DNA from: the human T2T-CHM13v2.0 reference genome, Homo sapiens | Direction: 5' to 3' (one strand) | Assembly (NCBI RefSeq): GCF_009914755.1 | Contig: NC_060937.1 | DNA: 64,000 nt | Shown here: positions 30,395 through 46,179 of the stretch, one piece after another | Layout: each line of letters starts with the position of its first letter | Numbering within the stretch: position 1 is the stretch's first letter | The notes under the pieces: model-generated | The model's input: the letters and a program-made list of their open reading frames with translations, nothing else | Databases searched by the model: none | Told to the model about the DNA's origin: nothing | Translations under genes and position numbers: made by a program

Positions 30395-30665
30395 TAATTT
30401 TATTTTTTATTTTTGAGATGGAGTCTCGCTCTGTTGCCCAAGCTGGAATGCGATCTCAGCTCACTGCAAGCTCCACCTCCCAGGTTCTGGATTCACACCA
30501 TTCTCCTGCCTCAGCCTCCCGAGTAGCTGGGACTACAGGTCGCTGCTGCCACACCTGGGTAATTTTTTTTTTTTTTTTTTTTTTTTTAGTGGAGATGGGG
30601 TTCCACTGTGTTAGCCAGGATGGTCTCCATCTCCTGACCTCGTGATCCACCCACCTCCACCTCCC
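30395..30665 (-). mobile_element. AluY, 5'-truncated, with expanded central A-tract
   Basis: AluY diagnostics; long T-run at 30563-30587. Confidence 0.85.
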
Positions 30666-32240
30666 CAATTTCATTACTAACTAGTTATTTTTCTTTCTGG
30701 ATGCTGTCAAGTATTTATCTTTGTAATATCTAAAAAAATTAAAATTGTTTTCTTTAATTTTGCTAAAAATGGTAAAACTTTAAATATTTGCATCTTTAAG
30801 AGAAATTTCCTCTTTTTTTCCTGCTGCTCCATTTTCTCTAGCAGCTCTACTTTCTTTTTCTCTGTTTCTGAACTCCTGTAATTTACTTCTTCTGTCTTTG
30901 AAATCTATCCTCTAAGCAGTTTGTGTTTTCTCCACAATTGCCATGTCTTTCTTTTACCTTTATGTTATAAAGAAAATTACCTCCTTCAGTCTTAATGATT
31001 TTTTTTTCTTTTTTATCTAAAGTGCTAATACCTGAACTTCCCATTTACTCAGTGACTTTAGGTTTCTCTTCTGGTCTGCCAGATTTGGTTTCCATCAGAC
31101 AGGCATAATGAAGACTTGCTCCCTCTCAAAGCGTCCCTCACATTAGAAGACAGCAGAGATTTTAGTGTGCTGTGATAGCAATCATAAATTATTAAAGGAC
31201 AAAGAAAACGATCAAGTAATTTTTGAGTGAAAACATCAAGTAGATAAAAATCCCAAGAATGATATTAGATAAATAAATGGGGATGAAAAATGAATGATGG
31301 ACCAAAGTAAAGGAAAAAAAGGAAGAAACAGAAAGTGAAGAAAAACTGGGGGAAGTGACACAAAAACACAAGAGACTAGGAAAGAAAGTTGAAATGAAAT
31401 TGTCTATTGATATAAAAAGGAGAAGCAGGAAAGAGAAGAGAGTTGAGAACGAATGGCAGTGACAGTGTATGGCAGTAGCGTGTCTTTAGAAATTTGCTAA
31501 AATGATTTTTTAATTATATGAAAATTGATAGAGTTAAGATTTAGTAAAATTAAGTAGTTGGCATGAGATCATGGCAATAATTTTAACTATTCTAAATTAA
31601 GATTATGAAATTTGAGAAAAAGGGATTTCTCCTATGAAAAAGCCCACAAAATTACTTGGTAAACAGAAATAAATGTAAAAAACTTACAGGAAAATATCTA
31701 AAGACATATTAATACTATTTTATTGGATAAATATTTGTCTAGAAATAATACAGTTTAAGTTGCAATAATTACTTTTAGACACTGAGGTACACTTAGTATA
31801 CTGAAAAAGTAAAACACAAATGGTGTTAGGCCATAAAAAGTCCATTCTGTTTCAGAACATGTCTGACTTCTCCCAATATGTTGATGTACTTAAAGAACCT
31901 GGGTTATTAGCTTTTATTATCACATAATCAGATTGAATTAAATAAAATGAAGAAAAATGTATTAGGTCTATAGAAAGGTAAGAACATTATAATATTTCAA
32001 TGAAACTTCAAAATCTGTTGCTCTACAACAAATCATTTAACAGATCACCTGGAATTGGTATTAAGAAATTAGAGTAAAAAATTGACGTGAAAACTTTGAA
32101 AATTAAAATGTTAAATAAAGCCAAAAGTTACTATGGCCATGGAATAAATTTCAAAGACAAATGGGCAAAGTTCGTTACACAAAATAACTGAGTTGAACAA
32201 AATAGAAAAGGAAGTGGCCACACAGACATTGCATGAAAAC

Positions 32241-32566
<326 letters not shown>

Positions 32567-34193
32567 AAAGACATTGATTATTAATGGTGGACTATTGGAA
32601 CTCTAAAATAAATTTTCACTGCACTGCTCATTAGTTTCATTATTTATAGCAAAGAGAAATGCTTTGAAATAATTCAAGTTTAGCTATAAAAATTAAGACG
32701 TGAAGACTATCTGAAACATCTATCATATTTGATAGCTACAGGAATATTTTGAAGCATTCTTATTTATTATCTAATATATTTGTTGCACTATTAAAATACG
32801 ACAGAAATAGTATTTAACTTGAAACACGGTCCTATGCCCATGAATTATGATTTATAATATCATAGGTAGAGTTAACAAGAAAATCACGCAGAATCTGTAC
32901 ATAAAAGGCCATGAATCAATTAGAGAACTGTTATTTCTGAGTCAGTACCAAGTGACCCATAAACTTAAGGAAGCCTGTCTCAGCTTAAAAACCAGTGTCC
33001 TAGAAAAAACCAGAATGTGTAACTGTTGGAAACAGAAGCGTCATGCTACATGAGTTGAGCTAATTCAATGATAAAACAAATAAAGCTTTTTGTTTTGAAA
33101 TAATGTAAAACTGGCTGATTTTTGAAGACAGAAAATAAAAGCAAGGAAAATCGAAGAATACAAGCTGGATACTGACCTGTGTGGTAGACTGCACTATTGT
33201 TCTGAACCGGTCATCATTCTCCCTTACTTTTAGTTTCTAAATAATTTAGAGGATTATACAAGCCCATCTGCAGACAAGTGAACTGCAGCATCTTGTGAAG
33301 GATAAGCATATACATCCAGGCTCTGTTGATACCAGGTATGGGTAGGCGACTTGCCTTGGTGTAGGAGTATACTTGTGTTAACATATGCCAGGTGGAACAG
33401 AAGCTTTAAGATCTATTGTGTGTTTCCACCAGCTCCCTTGATTTTTCCCAAATAAATCCAAAACTGTGATGCTTGGCACATCTCAAATAAGAGGTTCTCC
33501 TTTAACCTAGGTCCTGGAATGAGAAAAAATATGAAACAGAGCAGCAGAGAAGCCAAACTGCAATGGTTGACATATAACATGACAGAAAACTAAATATTTC
33601 TGAACTCACTGCCTTACAAAACATAATCATGCTATTAAAACTCACTGCTAATATTTTCAGGATGTGTCCTGTCATCCTCACCAGCCACTTTTTCAAACCA
33701 TGCGTCTGACAATTATTGTGAAATCAAAGTCTGCTTTTTATGTAACTCAAACTTCTGCTTTTGAGATTTTAATATATACGCATAGGTTTCAGTCAGAGAG
33801 ATGAGTCATGAATACTCAGATCCAAATATATATAGCTCAAAAATAAACTGGCTACAACTTGTAAGGAGATTTAAATCCCCCTTTGCCATGCATTAACTAT
33901 CAGCAGCTATTTCTTGGACAGCCTTCAGGGCTGCACACTCATGCTTCCAAAGAAAACCGTCTGTTGCAGTCACTGTGATGCGTCTACCCATCCATCTCAG
34001 CCTGCTGTTAACCATGTCACAGACCTGCCTCTGATTCTCCCACAACTTCTGACCCCAGGTAGTGGGGAGCTACTCCCCGATTTTGTGTTACTTAGTTACC
34101 CAGGCCCAGAAACAGTTCTCCTTGAGTCTAAAGGCTCATAAAGTCTCTATTGAATAGTTTCATCAGGTTTTGTCTTGAGGAACTTTTTGACAC

Positions 34194-35005
34194 GGAAACA
34201 GAAAAGTTCCCTTGTCCTCCTCGCAGGGCGGATGATAGGGGTGTGGCTCGCTTCTTCAGTGCCCCGCTGCCCAAACCGCTAGGGGAGCATACAGATGGGC
34301 AGGCTGTGGAGCTCCCACCCTAAGTCAGTGTCTAGGGGTGAATGTTTACAACTCCTGAAGCCCCAGTGGGCATGCTACAGGGTGCTCTTTTAGTTTAGCC
34401 ATCTGTAGGCAGCTTGTGTTGGTCAGCTCAAGTAGACCCCTGCCTTATCACAAGGACAGAGATATTTCTGTATCCCAGGTTCTTGCCTTGGTGTACCAGA
34501 ATCGGATCACACGTGGGCTTGGAGAATGAGTGTAACGTTTTATTGAGTAGAAGTAGCTCTCAGCAGATAAGGGAGCCAGAAGGAAGATAGTTTTCCGCTG
34601 GAGTTGGGCCACTCTGCATCCTGGGCTCTCCTCGGCTGCCCCAGCCAAACTCCGCATGGTTCTGCTTCTGTCCATCAGTGTGACCTGCAGGCGTCATTCT
34701 GCTTCTGCCATCGGTGGTTGGTGGCCTGCTGGCATGCCAATACCTGTCTCTCCACATCCCGTGTATTCCTCTGCTGATGTGCTCCTCCTGCTGTTCAGCC
34801 GCCTATGTGTCTGCCTGCCAGGGTCTCGGGATTTTTAGGCACAGGATGGGGGCGTGGCAGGCCAGGGTGGTCTCATCTGTCCTCACCTAGGTCCGTGGGG
34901 GTGGAGTCCTAGCTAGGGGTCACTCCTTCCTCTACCCAGCACTTCCTTTCTCCCTTCAGTATCATTTAAAGGGGCCATGCTCTTCCCTTCCCGGCACTTC
35001 CATAT
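34194..35005 (-). mobile_element. LTR1-family (ERV1) solo LTR
   Basis: Minus strand begins 'atatggaagtgccgggaagggaagagcatggcccctttaaatgatac...ccacggacctaggtgaggacag' and ends 'ggacaagggaacttttctgtttc'; minus-strand AATAAA ~34539-34544; family recognised from memory. Confidence 0.75.
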
Positions 35006-35297
35006 GGGCACTACATGTTTAAATGAGAAAAAAAAAATCAAGGGCAAACATTAATTTTTCTAATAAAACATTAAAGGAATTTTTTCGAAATTAATTACCT
35101 ACATAACTTGCTTTAATATTAACTTTCCTTTGGAGGAGCCAATGAAAAGTGGCCCATACTAGCAAGTGTAATTTGAAAAAAAGAAAAGATGTTGGCATTT
35201 CTAAAAAAAAAACTTACTAAATTCTAGGTATTGTGTTCTATATTTTGCATACCTTAATTCATTTATTTCTTAAAACATTCCTATCATTTACATCTTA

Positions 35298-35635
<338 letters not shown>

Positions 35636-38506
35636 GAATTTATACAGCTTGCCATAGGTCGTAAGATCATACAATGACCAAATAGAAAGAGATCAGAACC
35701 CACAGTTTCTACACCCAGAGGGCCCCCTAACCTTATACTATGTGGTCTTTACATAATTGAAAGTTATTAATATTCAGAATCATTGACATTTAGAACTATA
35801 GTAATTTCAGGTGCAGTGAGCCCACATGTTGTACAGTTAAGAAACACAGGACCATTCAAACCTTTAGCCTTTCTTGTAACACATTCCTGAATACTAAAAA
35901 AGCTGAGAAGAAAAAAATAGAGAAAGGAAATTTTTAAACATCAATTTAAAAAAATTAGTGTTAGGGATTTTTTTTTTAACAAGCATTTCAGTCACTGATG
36001 AAAAGCCTTAGGCCCACAGAGGTAGCTGTTACCATAGAAAAGATTGTTAGATCTAAGAATAGAATTTGGATTAACCAGGACCTCTAGCATAAAGTTCAAT
36101 GTTCTTTCATCACAGCATGATGTTCAACTGAAATTTAAAGTCACAAATTTAAAGTTATAGTTTAACACATCACCTGTACCAATTTACATACAAATGTAGG
36201 TACAAGAAGAGCCCTTGGCTTGCAGACAGTCTTATAAAATATAGTGTTGAAGGGGAAAAAAAAAGGAACCTTGAACATCATCAAAGGAATAAACAAATAA
36301 GAAAGGGGATGGATTTTACGGAAATGACCTGAGAGCTGACTCTTACTTCGTTTTAACTAAATAAGAAAGAATAAGAAAAAAATGTACAGGTAAAAGCAGA
36401 ATTGATGGCTTCCTGATCCTCTCTTTTCTGACTTCTGCAACTCACTGGAGCATGAGAGAAAAACAAAAGCTAATATTTTTATGTATATGCATTTTTCACA
36501 GCTTTACTGAAATATAATTCACATACCACACAAAATTCACCCATTTAAGGTACAGAATGAAAAAGGCTTTACTATATTCACAGTTATGCAGCAGGCACCA
36601 AACTCTCAACTTAGAACATTTTTATTAGCCCCTAATTGTCTATTTTTCATATTATGTCTATTAATTATACTATCTGATCTTTTGTCATTGACTCCTTTCA
36701 CCTAGTATAATGTTTTCAAAGTTCATCCATATTGTATTATGTGTCAGTAATTCATTCCTTTTATTGCTGAATAATATTCCATTGTATGGATATATCATGT
36801 TTTATTTATTCCTTCATCAGTTGATGTACATTTGGATTATTTCCCCATTTTTGCTGTTATGAATACTTCTAGTGTGCACATTTGTATGCAAGTTTTTTTA
36901 TGGATTTGTTTTTATTTTTCTTGAATAGATAAATAGAAGAAAATTTCTGGGTCGTCTGACAAGGCTATGTTTAATGTTTTGAAGCACTCCCAAATTGTTT
37001 TCCAAAATGGTTGCAACATTTTACATTCCCTCCAGCAATATATGAGTGTTCCAATTTCTTCACATCCTCGCAAATTTGTGATTATTTGTCTTTTTTACTA
37101 TAGCATTTCTAGAGGCTGGAAGTGGTATCTTATTGTGGTTTTGATTCGTGTTTTCTAAATGGCTAATGCTTCAAGTATCCTTTCCTATGTATATCTTTTT
37201 TGGAGAAATGTTCATTTTCAGTTAGCTCATCCTTTTATTGAGCTCCTTATCAGATATAGAATTTGCAAATCTTTTGTACCATTTTCATGTTTTCTTTGGC
37301 TTTCTTGATGGTATAATTTGCTGCAGAAACATTTTTTATTTTGATGAGGCCTAATTTGTTTTTTCATTTGTTACTACTGAGTTTGATGTGCATAAGAAGC
37401 TTTTGCTGGGCTCAAGTTCATAAAAATTTATGTTCTCTTCTGAGAGTTTTTAGTTTTAGCTCTTACATTGAGGCATATGATACATTTTTAGTTAAATTTT
37501 GTGTATGGTAGGAAGAAGGAGCCCAACTTTATTCTTTTGTGTGTGAATATTCGGTTGTTTTATAAACATATGTTGATAAAACAATTCTTTTCCCATTGAA
37601 TGCTCAATTAACTACAAATGTGAGAGTTTATTTATGAACTCAGTTCTGTTTCATTGATGTATATGTCTTATGCTAGTACCATATAGGTTTGTAGTAAGTT
37701 GCTAAATCAGAAATCATGAGGCCTCAACATTGTTCTTCTTTTTCCATATTACTTTCTCTGTTTTGGTAATCTTGCATTCCTATATGACTTTTGATACTAG
37801 CTTGTCCATTCTTTTGAAGCTAATGAACTTTATTTTTTATTGACATATAATAATTGTACATATGCATGGGGTACAGTGTGATGTCTGCATACATGTATAC
37901 ACTGTATAATCAAATCATGTTCATTAGCATATTTATCAACTTAAATATTTATCATTGCTTTGTCATGAGAACACGACAAAATCTTCTCTTTTAGATATGT
38001 GAAATATACAATGCATTATAGTTAGCTATAGTCACTCTACTGTGCAAAAGAGCAGCAGTACTTATTTCTCCTGTCTAACTGTAACAGTTCACCTGTTGAC
38101 CACCTTCTCCCCTTCTCCCCATTCTCATTATTCTCCTCAGTCTCTGGTAGCCACTGTTCTACTCTCAACTTGTATCAGTTAATTTTTTTAGATTCCACAT
38201 ATGGGTGATATCTTATAGTATATATGTGTCTCTGTGCTTGGCTTATTTCACTTAACAAAATGTGCTCCAGGCTCATCCGTATTGTCACAAATGACAGGAT
38301 TTCATCCTTTTCTGTGGGTGAATACTGTTTCATTGCATATAATAATCTCTTTATCCATTCATCTGTTGATGAGCATTTGGCTTGATTCCATAATCTGGCT
38401 ATTGTGAATACTAATGCAACAAACATGACAGTGCAGATGTCCCTCTTCGACATATTGATTTCATTTCTTTCAGACATAAGCCCAGTAGTGGGATTGCTAG
38501 ATCATA

Positions 38507-38883
38507 CGCATATTAGTCCATTCTCATGCTGCTAATAAATACATACCAGAGACTGGGTAATTTATAAAGGAAAGAGGTTTAATTGACTCACAGTTCAGCA
38601 TGGCTGGGGAGACCTCAGTAAACTTACAATCATGGTGGAAGAAGAAGCAAACACATCCTTCTTCATGTGGCAGCAGCAAGGTGAAGTGCCAAACAAAAGG
38701 GGGAAAAGCCCTTTATAAAACCATCAGATCCAGTGAGGACTCACTATCACAAGAACAGCAGCATGGGTGTAACCGCCTTCAAGATTCAATTACCTCCCGT
38801 TGGGTCCCTCCCAAGACACGTGGAGATTATGGGAACTACAATTCAAGATGAGATTTGGGTGGGGACACAGCCAAACTATGTCA
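38507..38883 (-). mobile_element. THE1 (MaLR) solo LTR
   Basis: 'tattagtccattctcatgctgctaataa...gagactgggtaatttataaaggaaagaggtttaattgactcacagttc...gagatttgggtggggacacagccaaac'. Confidence 0.9.
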
Positions 38884-39376
38884 ATATAATTTGCCTTTCT
38901 TGGATGTTTAGCGAGGTTGAGCATTTTTTCATATGCTTCTTGGCTGTACATTGATTTTTCTATCTATATGATCTGTCCTTTGCTGAAATTAGGGTGTTGA
39001 AGTGCCCTACTATTATTTTATTGCTCTCTATCGCTCCCTTTAGATCTACTAATATTTGTTTCTTTGGGAAAAAAAAAAGCAGTTTTTCACCATTAAGTAT
39101 GATGTGATGTTAGCTATAGGTTTTTTATAAATGCCCTTTATTGAGTTGAGGAAACTTCTTTCTATTTCTAGTTTGTTGGATATTTTTATTAGAAAAGAAT
39201 GTTTCATTTTGACAAATGGCTTTTCTATGTCTATTAAGATGATAATTTGTTTTTTGTCCTTTATTCTCTAAATATGGTTAATTACAATGGATGGTTTTTA
39301 GATGCTTTACATTTGTGGGATAAATTCCATTGGGTCATGGTGTATAATGCTTTTTAAACTTTTAAAAAAAATTTTT

Positions 39377-39475
39377 AAGGTTAGTCAAGTAAAGCAGTGG
39401 GAGTGGAGAAGGAACAAAGAAATCTGTAACCGGCTGTGATCAATTATTTGTGTCACCACTGCATTTGGAGCAGCC
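39377..39475 (-). pseudogene. RNY3P4: Y3 RNA (RNY3) retro-pseudogene, probably RNY3P4
   Basis: Reverse complement GGCTGCTCCAAATGCAGTGGTGACACAAATAATTGATCACAGCCGGTTACAGATTTCTTTGTTCCTTCTCCACTCCCACTGCTTTACTTGACTAACCTT matches full-length hY3; perfect 18-bp TSD GGTCATGGTGTATAATGC (39333-39350, 39476-39493); degenerate A-tail. Confidence 0.9.
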
Positions 39476-40528
39476 GGTCATGGTGTATAATGCCTTTTAT
39501 ATGCTCCTAGATTATGTTGGCTAGTAATTTTTATATTTAATATTCATAGTATTTTTATTTCTATATTTGCAAGAGACATTGGCCTGTAGTTTTATTTTAT
39601 TGTGAGGATTTTGTGTGGTTTGATTTCAGGGTAATACTCACCTCACAGAATAAATTGCTAAGTGTTCCTCCTTGTTTATCTTTTGTAAGAGTTCATAAAA
39701 AATTTATATTGATTCTCCCTTAAATGTCTGGTATAATTCACCAGTGAATCTATAGAGGCATGGGCCATTCTATGAAGTTTCTCCATTTAGTAATTCGATC
39801 TCTTTACTTCTATTTGTATTGAGACTTTCTATTTCTTCTTGAGTCAGTTTTCAGCAGTTTCTATCTTTGTAGGAGTTTGTCCATTTTATCTAAGTTACGT
39901 TGTTTTTAGACATAGAGATGTTCATAGTATTCCCTTATAATCCTTTTGCTTTTTAAGGTTGATAATGATGTTTCCTTTTTTATTACTGATTTTTATAATT
40001 TGAGTATTCCTTCTGTGTGTGTGTGCCTGTCTGTCTGTCTCTCTCATATCAGTCTATCTAAAAGTTTCTCAGTTTAATCTTTTATAAATATTAGTTCCTT
40101 TTTCTATCATTTTTCTATTTTTCCACTATTTTTATTTCATGTATTTCTAATATAATCTTAGTACTTCCTTCCCTCTACTTGCATTATATTTTTTGTTTTT
40201 ATTTTTCAAGTTTCTTCAGGTAAAAGGTAAAGTTAGAGATTTGAGATTTTTCTTGTCTCTAGTATAGGCATTCATAACTAAACATTTTCCTCTAAGCACT
40301 GCTTTAGCTGCATCACATAGGTTTTCATATATTCTGTTTTATTTTCATTTATCTCAAAGTATTCTTTTCCTTATTATCAAGTATATTACACATGTATATA
40401 TTACAGGCCCAACAATAGAATTATATACACATTGATTTGTGCAATTGATTTGCATATCAATTAAGAGAAGAAGAAGCATACTATTATACTGTCTTTTACA
40501 ATTACCTATGTAATACATTTACTAGTGC

Positions 40529-40574
40529 TGTGTGTGTGTGTGTGTGTGGTGTGTGTGTGTGTGTGTGTGTGTGT
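40529..40574. repeat. (TG)n microsatellite with one interruption
   Basis: Direct reading. Confidence 0.95.
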
Positions 40575-42127
40575 ATTTGAATTAATGTCTTTCTTTCGGC
40601 CTGAAAAGCTTCTAGTGTTTCTTGCAAGTCAGGCCTACCCGTCTTTGATTCTGTTGGAGGGTCTTTAATTCTTAACCATGGTTTTCAAAGTTCTTTGAAC
40701 ATATTTAAAATAGACACTTTGAAGTCTCTGCTGAGTTTAACATCTCAGAAACCATTCCTATTGCCTGCTTTGTCTGCTGGATATGGGTTACACTTTACTG
40801 GTTTGTGTGTATGTATGTGTGTTTGCATATTTCATCTTTTTTGGGAAACTGGGACATTTTTTCATAGTGTATCATAGAAACTCTGGATTCTAATTCCTTC
40901 CCCTCCATCCCCAGGGTTTGTTCTTTGCTTCCTTGTTTACTTGTTTAATGATTTGTTTAGACTATTTCAGAGAAGTTGATTTTCCCCTCTGCATGTAGCT
41001 TGTAACAGAAACTCATATGGGGCAACCTTGGGCATGTATACAATATTCCTGACCAACCCTCCCCATATTCCTGTGATGTTAGCTAGGTTTGCATTGTTTG
41101 TTTCTCTCCCTGATCTCCCTGTTAAGCGTCTGGCTGATCTGCCTTTATTAGTATTACACCAGTTCTTAGCCTTTACTAATTGTTAGCTGATTCCTCTAAT
41201 ATTTTTGACAACATCTGGAGCATAAACTGTTCCATAATTTAATTTAATTACAGCCCAGTCCCCTTTTCATGGGTAGTCTTTGAGACCTCCTACAAGTCTA
41301 GGAGGACTCTTTTTTGCGACTTTTTTCCTGATGGTCTCTTAATTTTCTAGCTGGTCTACCATTTAGCTTTTTGTTATCATAAAGCTAGCAGTCTTCTCTT
41401 AATTGCTTACTGCCAAGATCTCCATTGTTTTTCATAGTGAACTTCTCCCCCATTCTGTTTCAAATAAAATCAGCTATGAAGTCCTCTATTCTTAAATCCT
41501 CCCTCTCGCCCTAGGAAGAAACTTTGTTCCACTGCTCCAGAGCTGGGGGTGGGGACAACAGGCTGCTTCTCTCAGAGTGACATCCCTGCTTCGTGAGCAG
41601 GACACTGAGTGGGGTTAGTAGCCCTTGGTCTTTTCAGCTTGCCTCTCCCAATATGGAACCTCCGCCCCATGTGTGGGCTAAGGCAGGGGTAGTAGTTGTC
41701 CAGTATTCTTCACCTGACACAATTTGAATAGAACTTCTACCTTACGGTGGTGGCTGGGTAGCAGGTGGCTGGGTAAAGCCCCAGTCCTTTCATCCACACT
41801 TGACTAGAATGGAGTTTACATACATGCTTTGGTGGACTAGGTGTGAGAATGATGGAGGCCAACCACCTCTGGAAAAAAACAAAATCCTGGACTGGTAACT
41901 GGGGTAGAGGGAGTCTATCTTCTTGGCCACACCTACCAAGAGTACAGCTTCCATCACACTGAGTTGGGGGTGGGGACTGAGTGGGTAGTGGTTCAAATGC
42001 CACAAACTCACACTGTTTTTACCAATATTTGTTAGATTTTAGAAATAAATATTTCTCCATTTGCTGTATGCCCTTAGGATGATTCCAGAGGCTTTAGTTA
42101 GTTTTAAAAAACAACAACAACAATTTT

Positions 42128-44290
<2,163 letters not shown>

Positions 44291-44371
44291 AGTTCGATCA
44301 GGTAGAGTTGTTTCATCGGGGAGAGGATCTACAGAGAGATCTGCATGTCACCATTCCAGTGCTTTTCTTTG

Positions 44372-44603
<232 letters not shown>

Positions 44604-45557
44604 TAAACGCATATAACTTATAAATAAACATACATGTATTGAGTTGCTCAAAATTCTTATTACTGGTAAGATGTTCGGTCCAGTCTGGAGATGGTATCCC
44701 TTGCCCACACCCCTGGTTGTTTTCATACACCACTTCGGATATATTTAGCTTTTTATCACGGGACTCATAAGTTCTCTAGATCCCCACTGCGATCGTCATC
44801 ACCAGCACAAACTGTTGCTAATAATTTATTTCTAAGCCAACAAAGGAGAAGTTCTGGCTCTGAGATCAGATTAGTTTTGGCAATTAAAACACATTAATAA
44901 CTTTTGAATTCTTTGGCAGAAATATTAAACTGCAGCCTTTACTGATTAGTACGGACATTTTTAGAGTAATAATTCACAATATCTGTCATTTGCTGCCTGT
45001 GAAATATGTAGGAAATTATTAATATACCCTTAATAATATATCTCTATATCCATCTTGTTTATCCTTTGCTCCTTGAGGGGGATATTTTTAGAAAATGATT
45101 ATCACTGTCTATCAACTATAAGAGAGAGAAGTAATTAGAGAAGTATTGCACTGGACACTTCTGGAAAATTGGCTTTTCTCGTTTCAATTTCTACCTTTGC
45201 AAAAGTTTGCTTTTAAAAAGTGTAATCTAGAAGTTGTAAACATTTCTGCCTTGCAGTTATCCATTCTGTTACATTAAAAACATTTTAAAACGGTCCAACA
45301 TCTTTATGTTTCTACTTGGTCCCAAATATGGTACCAGATTTTTACTGTAAAAAATCATAAAATACACCAGCATGATCCTTTCGGGAATATATTTGAAAGT
45401 TTACCTCCTTAGCACACTCACCAAACATCTTCAGATACCCATACCATTCACACAAAGCTGGTAAAACCAAGATGCTCCCCCGTGATGCATGTGTACGGAG
45501 AATGTCAACGAATAAATAAGTGAGTTAAATACACAAGCACTAATTAGAAAACTGTAT

Positions 45558-46022
45558 TGAGAGGTGAGCCCAGCTGGACTTCCTGGGTGAAGTGGGGACT
45601 TGAGGAACTTTCCTCTCTTACAAGAGGATTGTAAAACACACCAATCAGCCCTCTGTAAAACACACCAAGCAGCGCTCTGTAAAACACACCAATTGGCGCT
45701 CTGTAAAACGCATCAATCAGTAGGATTCTAAAAGTAGCCAATCATGGGGAGGATTGAAAAAAGGGCACTCTGGTAGGACAGAAAAGCAACATGGGGGCGG
45801 GGCAGGGGAGGGAGAGACAATAAGGGAATAAAAGTTGCCCCCCATGCTGGCTGGAGTCTCCTTTCACAGTGTGAAACGTTTGTTGTTTTGGTCTTCACAA
45901 TAAACCTTGGTACCGCCAACTCTTTGGTCCGTGCCATCTAAAAGCGCTGTGACACTCACCGCGAAGGTCCCGGCTTTATTCCTGAGACCACGAACCCACC
46001 GGCAGGAACCAACTCCAGACTA
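45558..46022 (+). mobile_element. LTR12F-like short solo LTR
   Basis: Starts TGAGAGGTGAGCCCAGCTGGACTTCCTGGGT; (CTGTAAAACACACCAA) repeats; GC box ~45794; AATAAAA 45827-45833; ends AACTCCAGAC; imperfect TSD GTAT/CTAT. Confidence 0.85.
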
Positions 46023-46179
46023 CTATGTGCTACAGAGAACTTCTTCAGGCCTTGAAAATAGAACATAGTAAAAAGCGGCTTCTTTGTCCATGGATCAGCA
46101 GTCACTATTTCCCAGCTCGCCTCCAAGAGCTAACTAAAGTGCAGCATAAACTGCATGCAGCATTGTTTTCACCACAGCA

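Larger units (their letters stand above)
36490..42120 (-). mobile_element. Old L1M (MB/MC-type) relic with nested L1MA 3' end, THE1 and Y3 retrocopy
   Basis: Continuous T-rich antisense L1 3'UTR/ORF2 motifs ('ttttattgctgaataatattccattgtatggatata', 'ttttcctctaagcactgctttagctgcatc'); a second L1 3' end starts ~37830. Confidence 0.75.
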
